DNA from: Mobula hypostoma
Taxonomy: Eukaryota
Length of the DNA: 64,000 bases
NCBI RefSeq assembly: GCF_963921235.1
Contig: NC_086097.1
Location: 165,294,001-165,358,000, forward strand
Direction of reading: 5' to 3'
Position 1 is the stretch's first letter, and every line of letters starts with the position of its first letter. The notes under the pieces are model-generated. The model saw only the letters and a list, made by a program, of their open reading frames with translations, did not search any database and had not been told where the DNA came from. Below are positions 1-12,441 of this stretch, piece after piece. Both the position numbers and the translations under genes were made by a program.

Positions 1-59
1 ATTCTGAGGTGCTTGAAGAGTCCTATGTGGGATCCCCACATACTGTCCATTCTTGAGTG

Positions 60-1600
60 TCATTTATTTCAATGATTTGGATGTACAAAGCAAGGTTAGG
101 AAGTTTGTAGGAGATAATAAAATAGCTGTTATCTTTAACAGTGACAAGGGTTATCAGGATTTACAGAGGGGTATTGATTAGATGGGTAAGTGGGCCAAGA
201 ATTGTAAATAAAGTTTAATTTGGATCCGTGCAAGGTATTACACTTCTGTAAATGATGGGACTTGCACAGTAAGCAATAGGGCCCTGTGCAATGTTGTAGA
301 ACAGTGAACCTAAGAGTACAAGTACATGATTCCCTGAAAATTGTATCATAGGTAGAAAAAGTGATTAAGAAACTTTTTGACTTTCTGGCCTTTATCCATC
401 AGGTCACTGAGTTTAGAAGTTGAATGTTATATTGCAATTGTAGAAGACATTGGTGAGAACGCTTTGGAAGCTGGGATATTACGTTAAGATATAGATGATA
501 TCACATTTGGAATATTGTAGAACATAGAAATCTACAGCACATTACAGGCCCTTTGGCCCACAATGTTGTGCTGACCATGTAACCTACTCTAGAAACTGTC
601 TGGAATTTCCCTACCGCATAGCCCTCTATTTTTCTAAGCTCCATATACCTATGTAAGAGTCTCATAAAAGACCCTATTGTATCTACTTCCACCGCCGCTG
701 GCAGTGCATTCCATGTACCCAGCACTCTCTGCGAAAATCTTACCTCTGACATCCCCGTTGTACCTACTTCCAAGCACCTAAAATTATGCCCTCACGTATT
801 AGCCATTTCAGCCCGAGGAAAAAGCCTCTGGCTATAAACACGATCAATGCCTCTCATCATATACACCTCTATGAAGTCACCTCTCATTATGTGATGCTCC
901 AAGGAGAAAAGGCCAAGTTCTCCCAACCTATTCTCATATGGCATGCTCTCCAATTCAGGCAACATCCCTGTCATCCTGAGCAGCAGCTTTGAGTATCCTA
1001 TGGACACGGACCCCAAGGTCTCACTGATCCTGCTCACTACCAAGAGTCTTGCCTTTAATATTATATTCCATCTTCTAATTTGACCTACCAAAATGATCCA
1101 CTTCACACATCTGGGTTGAACTCCATCTGCCACTTCTCAGCCCAGTTCTGCATCCCCCAACTTCATTGTGTTTAGTTTTGGTTACTCTGTAGAAGAGATT
1201 TACGACAATGTTGCTGGGCTTTGAGGAGATGAGTTATAGAGAGAACTTGAGAAGGTATGGCCTTCTTTCCCTGGAGAGCTGGTGAATGAAAGGTGATCTT
1301 AGGTGTAAAATTATGTGGGGCAAAATAGGGTTAATGAGTACAGTCTTTCTGAGGATTGGGGAATCAGAACTAGAGGGGAGACATTTGATAGGATCTTAAG
1401 AGTCATGTTTTCACCCAGAAAGTTGTCAGTATATGAAATAAGCTGCAGAGGAAGTAGTTAAAATGTACTTGGATAGGCACACAGATAGGAAAGGTTAGAT
1501 GGATATGGGGCAAATCTATGCACATGTAACTAGATTAGATGGAAATATTGATTGGAATGGACTGGTTGGGTCAAAGGACTTGTTTCCATGCCCTGTGCTC
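60..1600 (+). mobile_element. Degenerate CR1 LINE 3' portion, interrupted by a minus-strand CR1 at about 517-1155
   Basis: Decayed INDLD/SKFADD-like RT sequence at 60-500 continues at about 1190-1600 (RRFT.ML.G...SYRE.L, 3' UTR). Confidence 0.7.
517..1155 (-). mobile_element. CR1 LINE 3' fragment
   Basis: Minus-strand ORFs YENRLGELGLFSLEHHIMRGDFIEVY and FSQRVLGTWNALP; short-repeat 3' tail (tagaacatagaa on + strand). Confidence 0.85.
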
Positions 1601-2064
1601 ATTGACTACGAACAGTGGGACAGGAAGTCCTTGACCAGATGGGTGGCTAGTATGGTGCTTCTTCTGTTTTTGTTAAGTTTCTGCACGTTCCCAACAAAGA
1701 GGTTTGATGTTCTTTGTACTTTGCTGGATGCTGCTGCTCTATTTTGATTGATAGCTAACAAGGGATTGCCAGGAGTGGGTAAGAATGATGCTCTTTTCAA
1801 AACAAGCTTTAGGAATTTTCTAAAGCATTTTCTCTATCATCCTGGTAATTATGGAGAGCTTACAATAGAGTGGACATTTCAAGAGCCCAATGCTGGTCAT
1901 ACAAACATGATTCTGATATTGGTCATACAGCCTACCCATGAGAGTTGGTTGACTTGCTCGAAATATTGGTCTGGGAAAGTTTGCTGATGAGACCAAACAA
2001 TGTGGAAAGTTTTGCAGGAACAGCTGTAGCACCATTTTATTGGCTTGATATACTCACTGTAGAT

Positions 2065-2137
2065 CAGGGGTTTCCAACCTTTATTACGCCATGGACCCCT
2101 ACCATTAACCAAGTGGACCCCAGGTTTGGAACTCCTG
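2065..2137. mobile_element. 73-bp hAT-type (Charlie-like) MITE
   Basis: TIRs CAGGGGTTTCCAACCT ... AGGTTTGGAACTCCTG; TSD degraded. Confidence 0.6.
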
Positions 2138-2180
2138 CTACAAACAGTTCATGTCTCCAGTATAGTGTCATACAGCAATA

Positions 2181-3380
2181 CAGGTTTCCCCCACCATCCG
2201 AAGGTAGAGCGTTCCTATGAAACGGTTCGTAAGCCGGAATGTCATACAGCAAAGAAGCAATTACCATTAATTTATATAGGAAAATTTTGTGAGCGTTCGC
2301 AGACCCAAAAATAACCTACCAAATCATGCCAAATAACACATAAACCTAAAATAATAGTAACATATAGTAAAAGCAGGAATGATATGATGAATAGACCGCC
2401 TATATAAAGTAGAAATATCTTTCCACAATCATTGCTGCACTGTTCTCCGTAGTGAAAATCTCACGCAAGCGCTCTCGACAGAAAATCTCACGCAAGTGCC
2501 GTCGGTAAAAACACGGCGCAAGCGCTCTCCAGTAACCTTTAAGCTATGAAGCTGCCAAATCATACCAAACAACACGTCAAAATACACAGCCTATATAAAG
2601 TAGAAATGATGTATGTACAGTGTAGTATCACTTACCGGAATCAGGAAGCCATTGAGACCACTGGTGATGATGTGTTAGGCTGAGTCATCAGAGGTTGGGG
2701 TGGTGCAGTGGCCCGATACCGGGCCACGAAGAATGCAGCGGTACAGCGGTAGCTGGAATGCACTCAGCACATCTTTAAGAGAAAAGCTGAAATAAACAAG
2801 CTAATTAAAAGTGCCGCCCGGCACCTAATTAATTAGCTTGTTTATTTCGGCTTTTTTTCTTAAAGATGTGCTGGGTGCCTCCCGGCTACCGCTGCATTCT
2901 CTGCGAATCAATATCTGCCCGGAGGTTGGGGTGGTGGGACACTGGGGTGTCATCTGTTTCCATCAGGGCAGATAGGTCATCTTCTTCTGTGTCTACCTGC
3001 CTCGATGTCGAAGGTTGAGGTTCATCGTCTGCTGTGGCTGATGTAGAAGGCTTGCTTGACTGCTAAGCCTCGTGCATTTTTAGATCATACAGTTCTTTGT
3101 AAGCACTCAAACCATCCTGCAAATATGACCTAAATCGACGTACCCTTTCAAAATTAAAGTCGTACTTTATCATTGCAGCGAAAATCTCACGCAGTTGCTT
3201 CACATTCAGTTCCTGGATAACTTCACTTTTGACCCGTTCGCTGCTGCATTCGGTTTCGATTGTTATCCTTTCCTCTTCCAATTGCATCAGCTCTTCGTCT
3301 ATCAGTTCTTGGTCATGGGATGACAAAACTTCTTCAACATCATCTTTGTCAACTTCCACAAGCCAAACTCACGTTGTCCT
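2181..3380 (-). mobile_element. Tigger/pogo non-autonomous element, copy 1 (one end missing)
   Basis: TA|CAGGTTTCCCCC end shared with 12442, 24434 and 50757; transposase C-terminal remnant EVDKDDVEEVLSSHDQELIDEELMQLEEE. Confidence 0.85.
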
Positions 3381-3531
3381 TACATCTGCCTTTGTTTCTC
3401 CCGTTTTTCTTTATAGCCCATACTTCCTCATTCCTCAAGAAATAGGAATCTCTTAATCCTGTATTAAGCTGTTGTACAACCAAAACTGAAATTTCTGCGG
3501 ATATAACAGGAGAGCAACTTTAGAAATTACT

Positions 3532-3695
3532 AACACAAGAAAGTCTGCAAATGCCGGAAGTCCAAAACAACACACACAAAATACAGGAGAAACTCAGCAG
3601 GTCAGACAGCATCAATAGAAATGATTAAATAGTCAACGTTTCAGGACTGAGAAGAAAAAGGGAAGCTGCCAGAATAAAAAGGTGGAGGGAGAGAG
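3532..3695 (-). mobile_element. Penelope pseudo-LTR fragment
   Basis: Reverse complement of the tail at 19370-19500 (cacacacaaaat...ggagaaactcagcaggtcagacagcatc...gtcaacgtttc). Confidence 0.7.
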
Positions 3696-3994
3696 CCAGT
3701 TTTACCAGCAATAATTGGGTCTAGAGCTATCCCCACCAACAAGATTAAATTAACTGCTCAGTTTAAACAGTTAATTGAAGTACTAGAGAGGCATTCAAGC
3801 AGATCACCCAGGTGCCAGACCTTGATATCATTTTGTGTTGGGGAGCAAGTAGAGAGGGTTAAGACAAAATCAGGAAACCTATGAATAGTCAGGTGAAACT
3901 AATTGTACAATTAGAAAGATGAAAAAGTGCTTGAAAAATCTCTCGTAACTAAAATTAAGGAAAATCCTAAGATGTTATATGATAACAAATAGTC

Positions 3995-4318
3995 AGTCAT
4001 TGTCATACTTTATTGATCCCGAGGGAAATTGGTTTTCATTACAGTTGCACCATAAATAATAAATAGTAATGGACCATAAATAGTTAAATGGTAATATGTA
4101 AATTATGCCCGTAAATTATGAAATAAGTCCAGGACCAGCCTATCGGCTCAGGGTGTCTAACCCTCCAAGGGAGGAGTGGTAAAGTTTGATGGCCACAGGC
4201 AGGAATGACTTCCTATGACGCCCTGTGTTGCATCTCGGAGGAATGAGTCTCTGGCTGAATGTACTCCTGTGCCCACCCAGTACATTATGTAGTGGATGGG
4301 AGACATTGACCAAGATGC
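3995..4318 (-). mobile_element. L2/Rex1-like LINE 3' end
   Basis: Minus ORF HPLH...RLIPPRCNTGRHRKSFLPVAIKLYHSS, typical fish LINE RT C-terminus, followed by 3' UTR with aataaa. Confidence 0.7.
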
Positions 4319-4619
4319 ACATAAATATATATCAGGTACTCGAGAAACAAGTATGGAAATGGAAAAGATTCAGTCGTTTTTCAATTCTCTTTAGATCCAC
4401 GCAGAATCAAGGAGACAGCTGTTAGGTACTGGTGTTTAGAAATGGAGTAAAGAATACAATTAAAAGTCACTGTGCCTAATGGATATGAAGAGGAAATTAC
4501 CAGTGAAGCAAGTCATTGAAAAATTATATAGATAATCGTTCAAAAAGGCTGTTTAATTATTAACTATCGGTATGGATTCAATCAGAGACTGTTATCAAAC
4601 TTTTTTTCCTCAGACTGAG

Positions 4620-5065
4620 GAATTTAATGCAGACGTGCGAGATGGTGTACTTTGGAAGGACCAACCAGGGTAGGTCTTAGACAGTGAGCGGTAGGTACTG
4701 AGGAGTGCAGCAGAACAAAGGAATCTGGGAATACAGGTCCATTATTCATTGAAATTACATCACAAAAAGATAGGGTTGTTGTGAAAGCTTTTGGCACTTT
4801 GGCATTCGTAGATCAAAGTACAAGAGTTGGGATATTTTGTTGAAATTGTATAAAATGTTGGTGAGGTTAAATTTGGAGTATTGTTTGCATTTTTGTTCAC
4901 CTTCTTACAGGAAAGATGTAAATAAAATTGAAAGAGTACCGAGTCAATTTACAAGAACGTTGCCGGGACTGGAGGACCTGAGTTGAATAGGTTAGAACTT
5001 TATTCCCTAGAACGTAAAAGATCAAGGGAAAATTTGATAGGGGTACACAAAATTATGAAGATAGT
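4620..5065 (+). mobile_element. CR1 LINE RT fragment
   Basis: Decayed EFNA.KCE..HFG / LYK.LVR..LEYC / SY.ERL.RL sequence. Confidence 0.75.
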
Positions 5066-5982
5066 AACAAGGGTAATTATGAGAAGGAATCTAGAATTCC
5101 TCCTACACCTTATTGGTGACTGTCCTATGTTTGCATATTGATTATTGGAAATTGTATTTCATGATGTTCTGTCTCAAAATTTTCTTACCTTTGAAAGTTA
5201 AAGTCCTTTTTTTAAAGAAAGCACCTTATCCGTTACTGTTTAAAATATAAACACTCATATCTTCAAAATGTTCAGTTCTAGTATTATAGTAAATCTTACG
5301 TGCTTTTCATAGCTCCAGTAATGCTAAAAACTGCAAGGAACTCTCCTAGATGTGTCTTTCAAAAGTACTAATTCAGCACTATTGGCATGTCCTCCTTTGA
5401 TTCCCAGCATTCAGAATTTCCAATTGTTTTATTCAACACTCTTTTTCTACTTCCACTTTGCTTAGAATTACTTGAATTTAAAATTAGTATTGTCACAGGT
5501 TCTGAGGTACAGTGAAATAGCCTATCATTGCATACAGAAGTTTAGACATTGTCTCTGTTACTTGGGGGTAAACTTATTCACTACTACTTTGTCTGTAGGA
5601 GCTGGACCAAGACTGATGGTGTTTTGGTAGAACCTAATCTAAAGGCACAAAACAAAATAAGACTTAAATTACCTTCAGCAGGAGGACCTGTAGCCTTTCT
5701 GAAGGTTTGATGATTGCTTTCATTCAGTTACAAAGCACAATTGATTGATTTTTTTGTCTCTGTTGACCAGTAAATATGTCTGAAGGCCATTTTCTCCCAC
5801 CCTTTTACTAAAATAATGCTACCAACTGGGTACTTAGTAAGATTTTCAATAAGAAATTGCATTTAAGTGATACAGAAATTAATTATAGTAACCACTCATG
5901 ACAAAAACTGTTTCACAATATCAATGGCATTTACTGTGCTGTCATGCTTTTTTAAATGCCTTGCTGTAAAAGCCTTCTTAAG

Positions 5983-7181
5983 CAGGGGTCCCCAACCTTT
6001 TTTGTATTGCGGACCGGTTTAATATTGACAATATTCTTGCGGACCCGCTGACCGGGGGGGTGGGGGCGGGGTAGGGTTGCCAACGGACAAGAGTCGCAGT
6101 CAAATACGTTGAGTTTACCCCGAGAAAGACTACAATGACCATGAAGCCTTGCGCGGGCACCAGTGCGTGTGTGTAACCTGACGATATTTTTTCCTCCTCC
6201 TACAAATGGTTTTTGGCAATTCTGCTCGGGGGGTGGGGGGGGGGTTGTTAATCACGACCGAAATATAGGTGATAAGTGGCTAATACACTCAATTTCGTTT
6301 CTAAAAGGGTTTATCTAACGAATTTAATATTAAACACACAGCGCATATTTTCCACGCATGAATATAGTGATAAGTCAATTATCAGGGGAGGACAGGGGAG
6401 CTTGAAGTAAGTGTTGAACGAACTTCCAGTAGAAGTGGCAGAAGCAGGTTCGATGTTATCATTTAAAGAAAAATTGGATAGGTATATGGACAGGAAAGGA
6501 ATGGAGGGTTATGGGCTGAGTGCAGGTCGGTGGGACTAGGTGAGAGTAGCGTTCGGCACGGACTAGAAGGACAGAGATGGCCTGTTTCCGTGCTGTAATT
6601 ATTATATGGTTATAAGTCAATAGCATCATAACATTTTAAGTAACGTTTGGATATTAAACACACAGAACATATTTTCTCCATATGAACATATAAAATCATT
6701 GCAACACACCAATATCGCTGAATCAGTGGGAGCTCTGGGCTTGTTTCCCTGCAACAAGACGGTCCTATTGAGGGGTGATAAGGAGACAGTGATACTGTAC
6801 TCGAAGGGGGTTCCTCATGTCCAGTCTATTCCGCAATTTAGTTTTCATTGCATTCATTGCAGAAAAATGTTGGAAATGAAAACAACGTTTTCAGTGCTTT
6901 CGTGGCTATCTCAGAATATTTAGCCTTGACTTTGATCCAGAATGCCAGCAGAGATGTTATGTCAAACATACTTCTCAGCCGGCCGTCATTTGCAAGCTCA
7001 AGGAGTTGATCTTCCCGCGCTGACATGGATGACGCGTGCGTAATGACCTCATGTGCGTTCAAGCTCAATACAGTAGTGCGTAACAAGGAATGAGGAAAGG
7101 TGCAGCTGAGTCATACCGCCAAATCATATCGTTTCCTCGCAGCCCGGCACAGGTCCGCGGCTCGGTGGTTGGGGACCACTG
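5983..7181 (-). mobile_element. Non-autonomous hAT (Charlie/Buster-like), copy 1, containing a CR1 3' fragment at about 6383-6612
   Basis: TIRs CAGGGGTCCCCAACC / GGTTGGGGACCACTG; perfect 8-bp TSD TTCTTAAG (5975-82, 7182-89); minus-strand hAT dimerisation-domain remnant DQLLELANDG...FWIKVKAKYSEIATKALKTL. Confidence 0.92.
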
Positions 7182-7499
7182 TTCTTAAGTATGAAACACC
7201 TTGGAAGAATCTTTTTGGCAAACCATGGAAGTTATTAGATGTATCAGAAATCACTAATTCATTAAAAGATGTGATAGAAATAGAAATTCAGATCTTCAGA
7301 ATCATTGAGTGTGGATGATGGAGATATAGGTTTCATTATAATCTCTAAATAATAGTGTTTATATGTTTAAAATAATAGCTCAACACCGATTCAGAGCTTG
7401 AAATATAAGCAGTTACTTGGCCATCTGTACAACAGAAAGGAATCGGTGGAGCGTAATGCTGGCACCATGCATTATACAGAGAGATATTTTGAGCATATT

Positions 7500-8182
7500 T
7501 TCAAAATGCAGTATCCCAAAAGGCAGCATCCTTCATTAAGGACCCTCACCATTCAGGGCATAACCTCTTCTCAGTACTCCCATAAGGAAGCTGGTACAGC
7601 AGCCTGAAGATGCACACTGAGTATTTTAGGAACAGCTTCTTTCCTCAGTCGTCAGATTTCTGAATGATGCATGAACCCAAGAATGCTACCTTATTATTTT
7701 ACAATTTTTGCACTATTTATGTACTTGTTTCTTATTGTAACTTGTACTGACTTATAGTAATTATTGTAAAGGGTGGCACAGTAACGTAACGGCTAGCATA
7801 ACGCTTTTCAGTGCCAGCGATCAGGATTCAGTGCTCACTGTTGTCTGTAAGGAGTTTGTGTGTTCTTCCCATGACAGTGTGGTTTCCTCTGGGTGCTCTG
7901 TTTTGATCTCACCTTCCAAAGACATAAGGATTAGTAAAGGTTAGTAAGTTTTGGGCATGTCATGTTGGCAGCGTAAGCATGGTGACACTTGCGGGCTGCC
8001 CCAACACACATTCGGACTGAGTAGGTTGAAGCAAACAATGCGTTTCTCCGTATGTTTCAATGTACATGTGACAATAAGTTAATATTTAAACATTTAATCT
8101 TTATTGTGTATTGCGCTGTACTACTACTGCAAATAAACAAATTTCATAATGTATGTCAGTGATAATAAACCTGATTCTGATT
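7500..8182 (+). mobile_element. L2/Rex-like LINE 3' end interrupted by a tRNA-derived V-SINE/HE1-like SINE (about 7770-8095)
   Basis: aaggcagcatcc..attaaggaccctcacc...aacagcttcttt; tail aataaacctgattctgattc; SINE head gggtggcacagta..g and core ctgtaaggagtttgt...gtttcctctgggtgctc. Confidence 0.7.
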
Positions 8183-8199
8183 CATTCCTGAGATCATCA

Positions 8200-8702
8200 G
8201 GATATCAGTAAGATTGAAAGAGTGCAGAGAAGATTTACTGGAATGTTGCCGGGTCTTCAGGAGTTGAGTTACAGGGAAAGATTGAACAGGTTAGGACTTT
8301 ATTCCTTGGAGCGTAGAAGAATGAGGGGAGATTTGATAGAGGTTTACAAAATTATGAGGGGTATAGACAGAGTAAATGTGAATAGGCTCTTTCCATTTAG
8401 ATTAAGAGAGATAAATACAAGAGGACATGGCTTTAAGGTGAAGGGGGAAAGGTTTAGGGGGAATATCAGGGGGAACTTCTTCACTCAGAGAGTGGTGGGA
8501 GTGTGGAACGAGCTGCTATCTGACGTGGTAAATGCAGGCTCACTCTTAAGCATTAAGAGTAAATTGGATAGGTACATGGATGGGAGAGGTCTGGAGGGTT
8601 ATGGATTGGATGCAGGTCAATGGGATTAGCAGAATAAAGTTCGGCACAGACTAGAAGGGCCGAACGGCCTGTTTTCTGTGCTGTAGTGTTCTGTGGTTCT
8701 AA
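8200..8702 (+). mobile_element. Young CR1 LINE 3' end
   Basis: Open ORF 8222-8629 QRRFTGMLPGL...SYRERLNRLGLYSLERRRMRGDLIEVYK...FFTQRVVGVWN plus CR1 3' UTR. Confidence 0.92.
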
Positions 8703-9162
8703 GATTGCAGGCTATATTTTAAGATGTTACCATGCTGGAATTATAATCTGCTTTCTTATTTACAAAAGTTATCTCTGCACTCAAAAAATTGCAGCAGAAT
8801 GCCATATTTAAAGGTCTCCGGGCTGGATACCAAGAAAATCGACTTCAGAATATAGAAGAAAGCTCATTGCAGAAGTGAGAAAATGAATTTGGGAACATTC
8901 CATGCAAAGCAAATCAAGACATATTTCAGCACATGCCCATCATTTGTGCTTATCAGGAATATTCAAAGCATTTGGTGATGTTAAATGGAAAAAGCATAGT
9001 GCAGTTTAATTTGGAGTCAATTCATATTTTAATATGAGCAGAGAGATTGCATCTTCCCTTTATCATATTTGCACTTATGAAATGTACCTTTCCATAACAC
9101 ATGATAAGTATTACTGTGGCTTGGTATTTTTAGGTTAATGTATATATTTTGCCTCATTTTAG

Positions 9163-9360
<198 letters not shown>

Positions 9361-9565
9361 TAGTATTTTTATAGATGATTGGAAAAAATAAGCAGTTGGT
9401 GTATTAGTAAACATGGATAAAGAATAAAATATGCAGAACTATGAAAGAAGAATTTAACTTATTTGAGCAACCCAATGCAGCCAACTTTGTTAATTATATT
9501 TTATCAGTTAATTTTCCAGCTAGATGTACATTTGCCTCTATCACATTGTGTGATGCATCCAGATT

Positions 9566-10134
9566 GAGGACGCCCTCCATTAGTCAAAGTCGACCGTGAT
9601 GTTTCTTCCTAGTTGTTTACATGATATGCAAAGCAGGGCAGCATGATAAGAAGAGCAAGCTGTTGCCCATGCAGCAGGCTCCCCTTTCCACACAACTGAT
9701 GAATCCAAAGGGACAGCAGAGACTGATAAAATTTGGCACTTGAGATGTCGCAGGAGTTGACTACGTTGAACTCGATGTAGGACCGCTTTAAGAACTCTAG
9801 CTCTGGATTCTTCCTTGATGTTTACTCCCATGAGAGGGTATAGCTGCAAGGCAGTGGAGATTTGAGATCAGACTGTTCCTTCCCTTTGATGGGCTGCCAA
9901 CCACAGCTAACGAGGCCCATCAAACTGAAGTGACTGGTGCCAGTAACATGCCTTTGCCCCTTCTCCTATCAGTAGAAACTGTACTGCTGGGCTTAGTAGC
10001 TAAGCTATATGTGAAGGTCGACTGCTGGACTTGGTTGTCGGATGCTACTTGAGATGCACACCATTGGGAGCATTTAGTAGATTGTGGAAGCTTATTCCCA
10101 CTACCTCCCCTGGTGATGACAACCTTTAGAAACC
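9566..10134 (-). mobile_element. RTE-related non-autonomous retroposon (569 bp)
   Basis: 12-bp TSD TGCATCCAGATT (9554-65, 10135-46); minus-strand motif ggcagcccatc...gaaggaacagtctgat resembles RTE 5' UTR motifs; shares blocks (tccaaagg, tttggcac, tttactccc) with 16500-17060. Confidence 0.65.
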
Positions 10135-10312
10135 TGCATCCAGATTATGCATAGTTATATACTACCCTGAAGTGAAATAATTGTGTTTAGTCGTCCATTC
10201 AGCTTCTTTCCCCTGAAACCTTTTTTTTCTCTCCCCATTGTTTTTCTCGGGCATATAGTAAATAATTTCTCCAATTATATCTTGTCAATATGGAAAATCA
10301 GGAGATCCTTTA

Positions 10313-11031
10313 AGGCCAATTTATACTTCTGTGTCAAATCGCTGCCATAGGTATGGCGAGCCGCGTACCCTATGCCTTAGCCTGACACGCACCTCCCCAA
10401 AAATGTAACTACGCGTTGCGGTGACCCAGACTGCAACAACTGCTTGGTAGCATCGCATTTCCCCCTACACTGCAGTAGCTTGCCATTGGGCAACTGAAGG
10501 GCAGGGAAGGATCTCTGGCTGCAATGCTTTCCGTAAAGCTTTACAGACCTCCAAAATTATGGAGGACCCTGCGCTTGATGCCAGTTTGTAGCTAACTGCT
10601 ACAGCCTGTTGACTTCCACCTGAAACTAAAACTCGAATGGTGATTGCCAGTCTCTGAGTATACTGTGTTTACACTGATGTGAAATAAATGGTTGGAGACG
10701 ATGAACCAAATCGTCGAATCTACCTGCCGACATCCGAAAATATTTAAAATGCATTTCCTCGTCCGTGTCTCTCAGTGGCCGGGCAAGCACAGAAAATTCA
10801 CCCTCCTTCAGTTTCAGTCGCCATTGTTTGAAATTTGAGTTTCTTCGTGTTGAGTTCCAACACAAAGAAACTCAACACAGTGGCATAGAAACCCCGCCGC
10901 CAACTAGCATTTTGGCGGTGAATTGCAGAGCAATGCAGACACACCAATGCACAAGTATAAATGCTCACAACGGCGTAAGCCACTTGCGTAGGGTACGGCG
11001 AAGGCTACTACGCAGAAGTATAAATCAGCCT
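10313..11031 (-). mobile_element. PIF/Harbinger deletion derivative
   Basis: TIRs AGGCCAATTTATACTTCTG / CAGAAGTATAAATCAGCCT with TTA TSD; minus ORF GEFSVL...[20 protein letters not shown] typical of the Harbinger transposase N-terminus. Confidence 0.85.
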
Positions 11032-11564
11032 TTAGAGATCCACAATTAAGTTTTTTAGTTGCAAATGAACAACTTCTATTGTCTTCCCACCAGATCTTGT
11101 GTCTGATGCCAAGTATGAGAATAACATTTGCTACAATGTTGCCAATGGCATTATGTTCTTCTTGCATGATGATAACCAGCCCTGCAGTCTGTATTCCATA
11201 TAGAGAAAATCCTATGCTTGGTATTACTCTCTTGATTTTAATTCCATTTACTATCACAACTAAGATCTCAGCTGCTTCTCTCACATTATGTGCAGATGGG
11301 ATCAATGATTCATCTACCAATATATCAAGATTATTTTTCTACACTGTAGGATAAGTTAATGCCTTATAAAACGGAGAGATTGCAATTTAATGCAGTTTGA
11401 AAAAAGATGAAATTACAATCATAACAATGTTACTGGGTAGTTTTCCATGTATTGGTATATATCTGCTGCAACATTTTCACTTGTATGCAGCCACAACAGA
11501 GGCCTACATCTGCAATACATTGATTTCAGTGTTGATCAAAAACCACTGTAGTTTATTATAAATA

Positions 11565-11965
11565 AAAACAAAATACTAGAAGCAGTCAGCAGGTCAGACA
11601 GAAAGGAGTCAGAGATAAGGTTTCAGATTGAAGACCCTTCATCAAAACTGGGAGAGAGGAAAAAAACTAAGTTAATTTTAAATTGCAGAGAGCTGGCTGC
11701 TGCTTTCTCCCTGGAGAGACATGGAGCTCATTTAATTTACCTTCCCACTCCCACATTACTGCCACATTAGTCATTTCGTCTCACTCTGAGATGTAATCTC
11801 TGTTCAATCTAACCCTTCCCCTCCTTCTCTGCTACTGAAAACTGACCTGTTTTCTCTCTTTCCCACTTCTGATGAAGGGTTTGAGACCTGAAGTATTAAC
11901 TATTTACTTACTACAAACTTTGACAGGCATAAGTGTTTCTAGCATCTGCAAATTTTTGATTTTCA
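11565..11965. mobile_element. Inverted pair of Penelope pseudo-LTR fragments, each with a degenerate hammerhead motif
   Basis: Minus (T)TGATGAAGGGTCTTCAATCTGAAAC at about 11619-11646 and plus CTGATGAAGGGTTTGAGACCTGAAG from 11869. Confidence 0.6.
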
Positions 11966-12441
11966 TTCGCAGTTCTAGGAAGGGGTGGATAAGATGAGGG
12001 AAATATTAGTCAAAGAGTGAGACTAGGTTGCCATTGGTCCGTCAGGCATAAAGATTGATGGGGGCAGTGGAGGATGATAATAGCGAAGGAGTATGTAATG
12101 GCTATGGTACGTGCCTAGAAGGTAAGGTTATACTAATGAAGTGAAAGAAAACTCAGATAGTGTCACGGATTGATGGCACAACAGAAATAGTCTGTTCTGA
12201 TAGAGACAGAAAAAGCAAGTAAGAAATTTTGATATTGAGCTGATGGTGAGGTGCTGTTACTCAATCTTACATTGGGCCTCAGTATAACAGTGCAGAAAGG
12301 CAAAGACTAATGGGAGTGGGTTGGGGAATTAAGGTGGCAGACAGTAGTAAACTCAGTCATTCTTACAGAATGAACATGGTTACACTGCATATCCGGAATT
12401 CGTTCCTTCCATGTAGAGCATTGTGAGCACTGAATGGAGTA

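Noticed and set aside
7770..7850. tRNA gene (also about 63520-63590)
   Set aside because: Only a tRNA-derived SINE head; no complete cloverleaf and it runs into the SINE core
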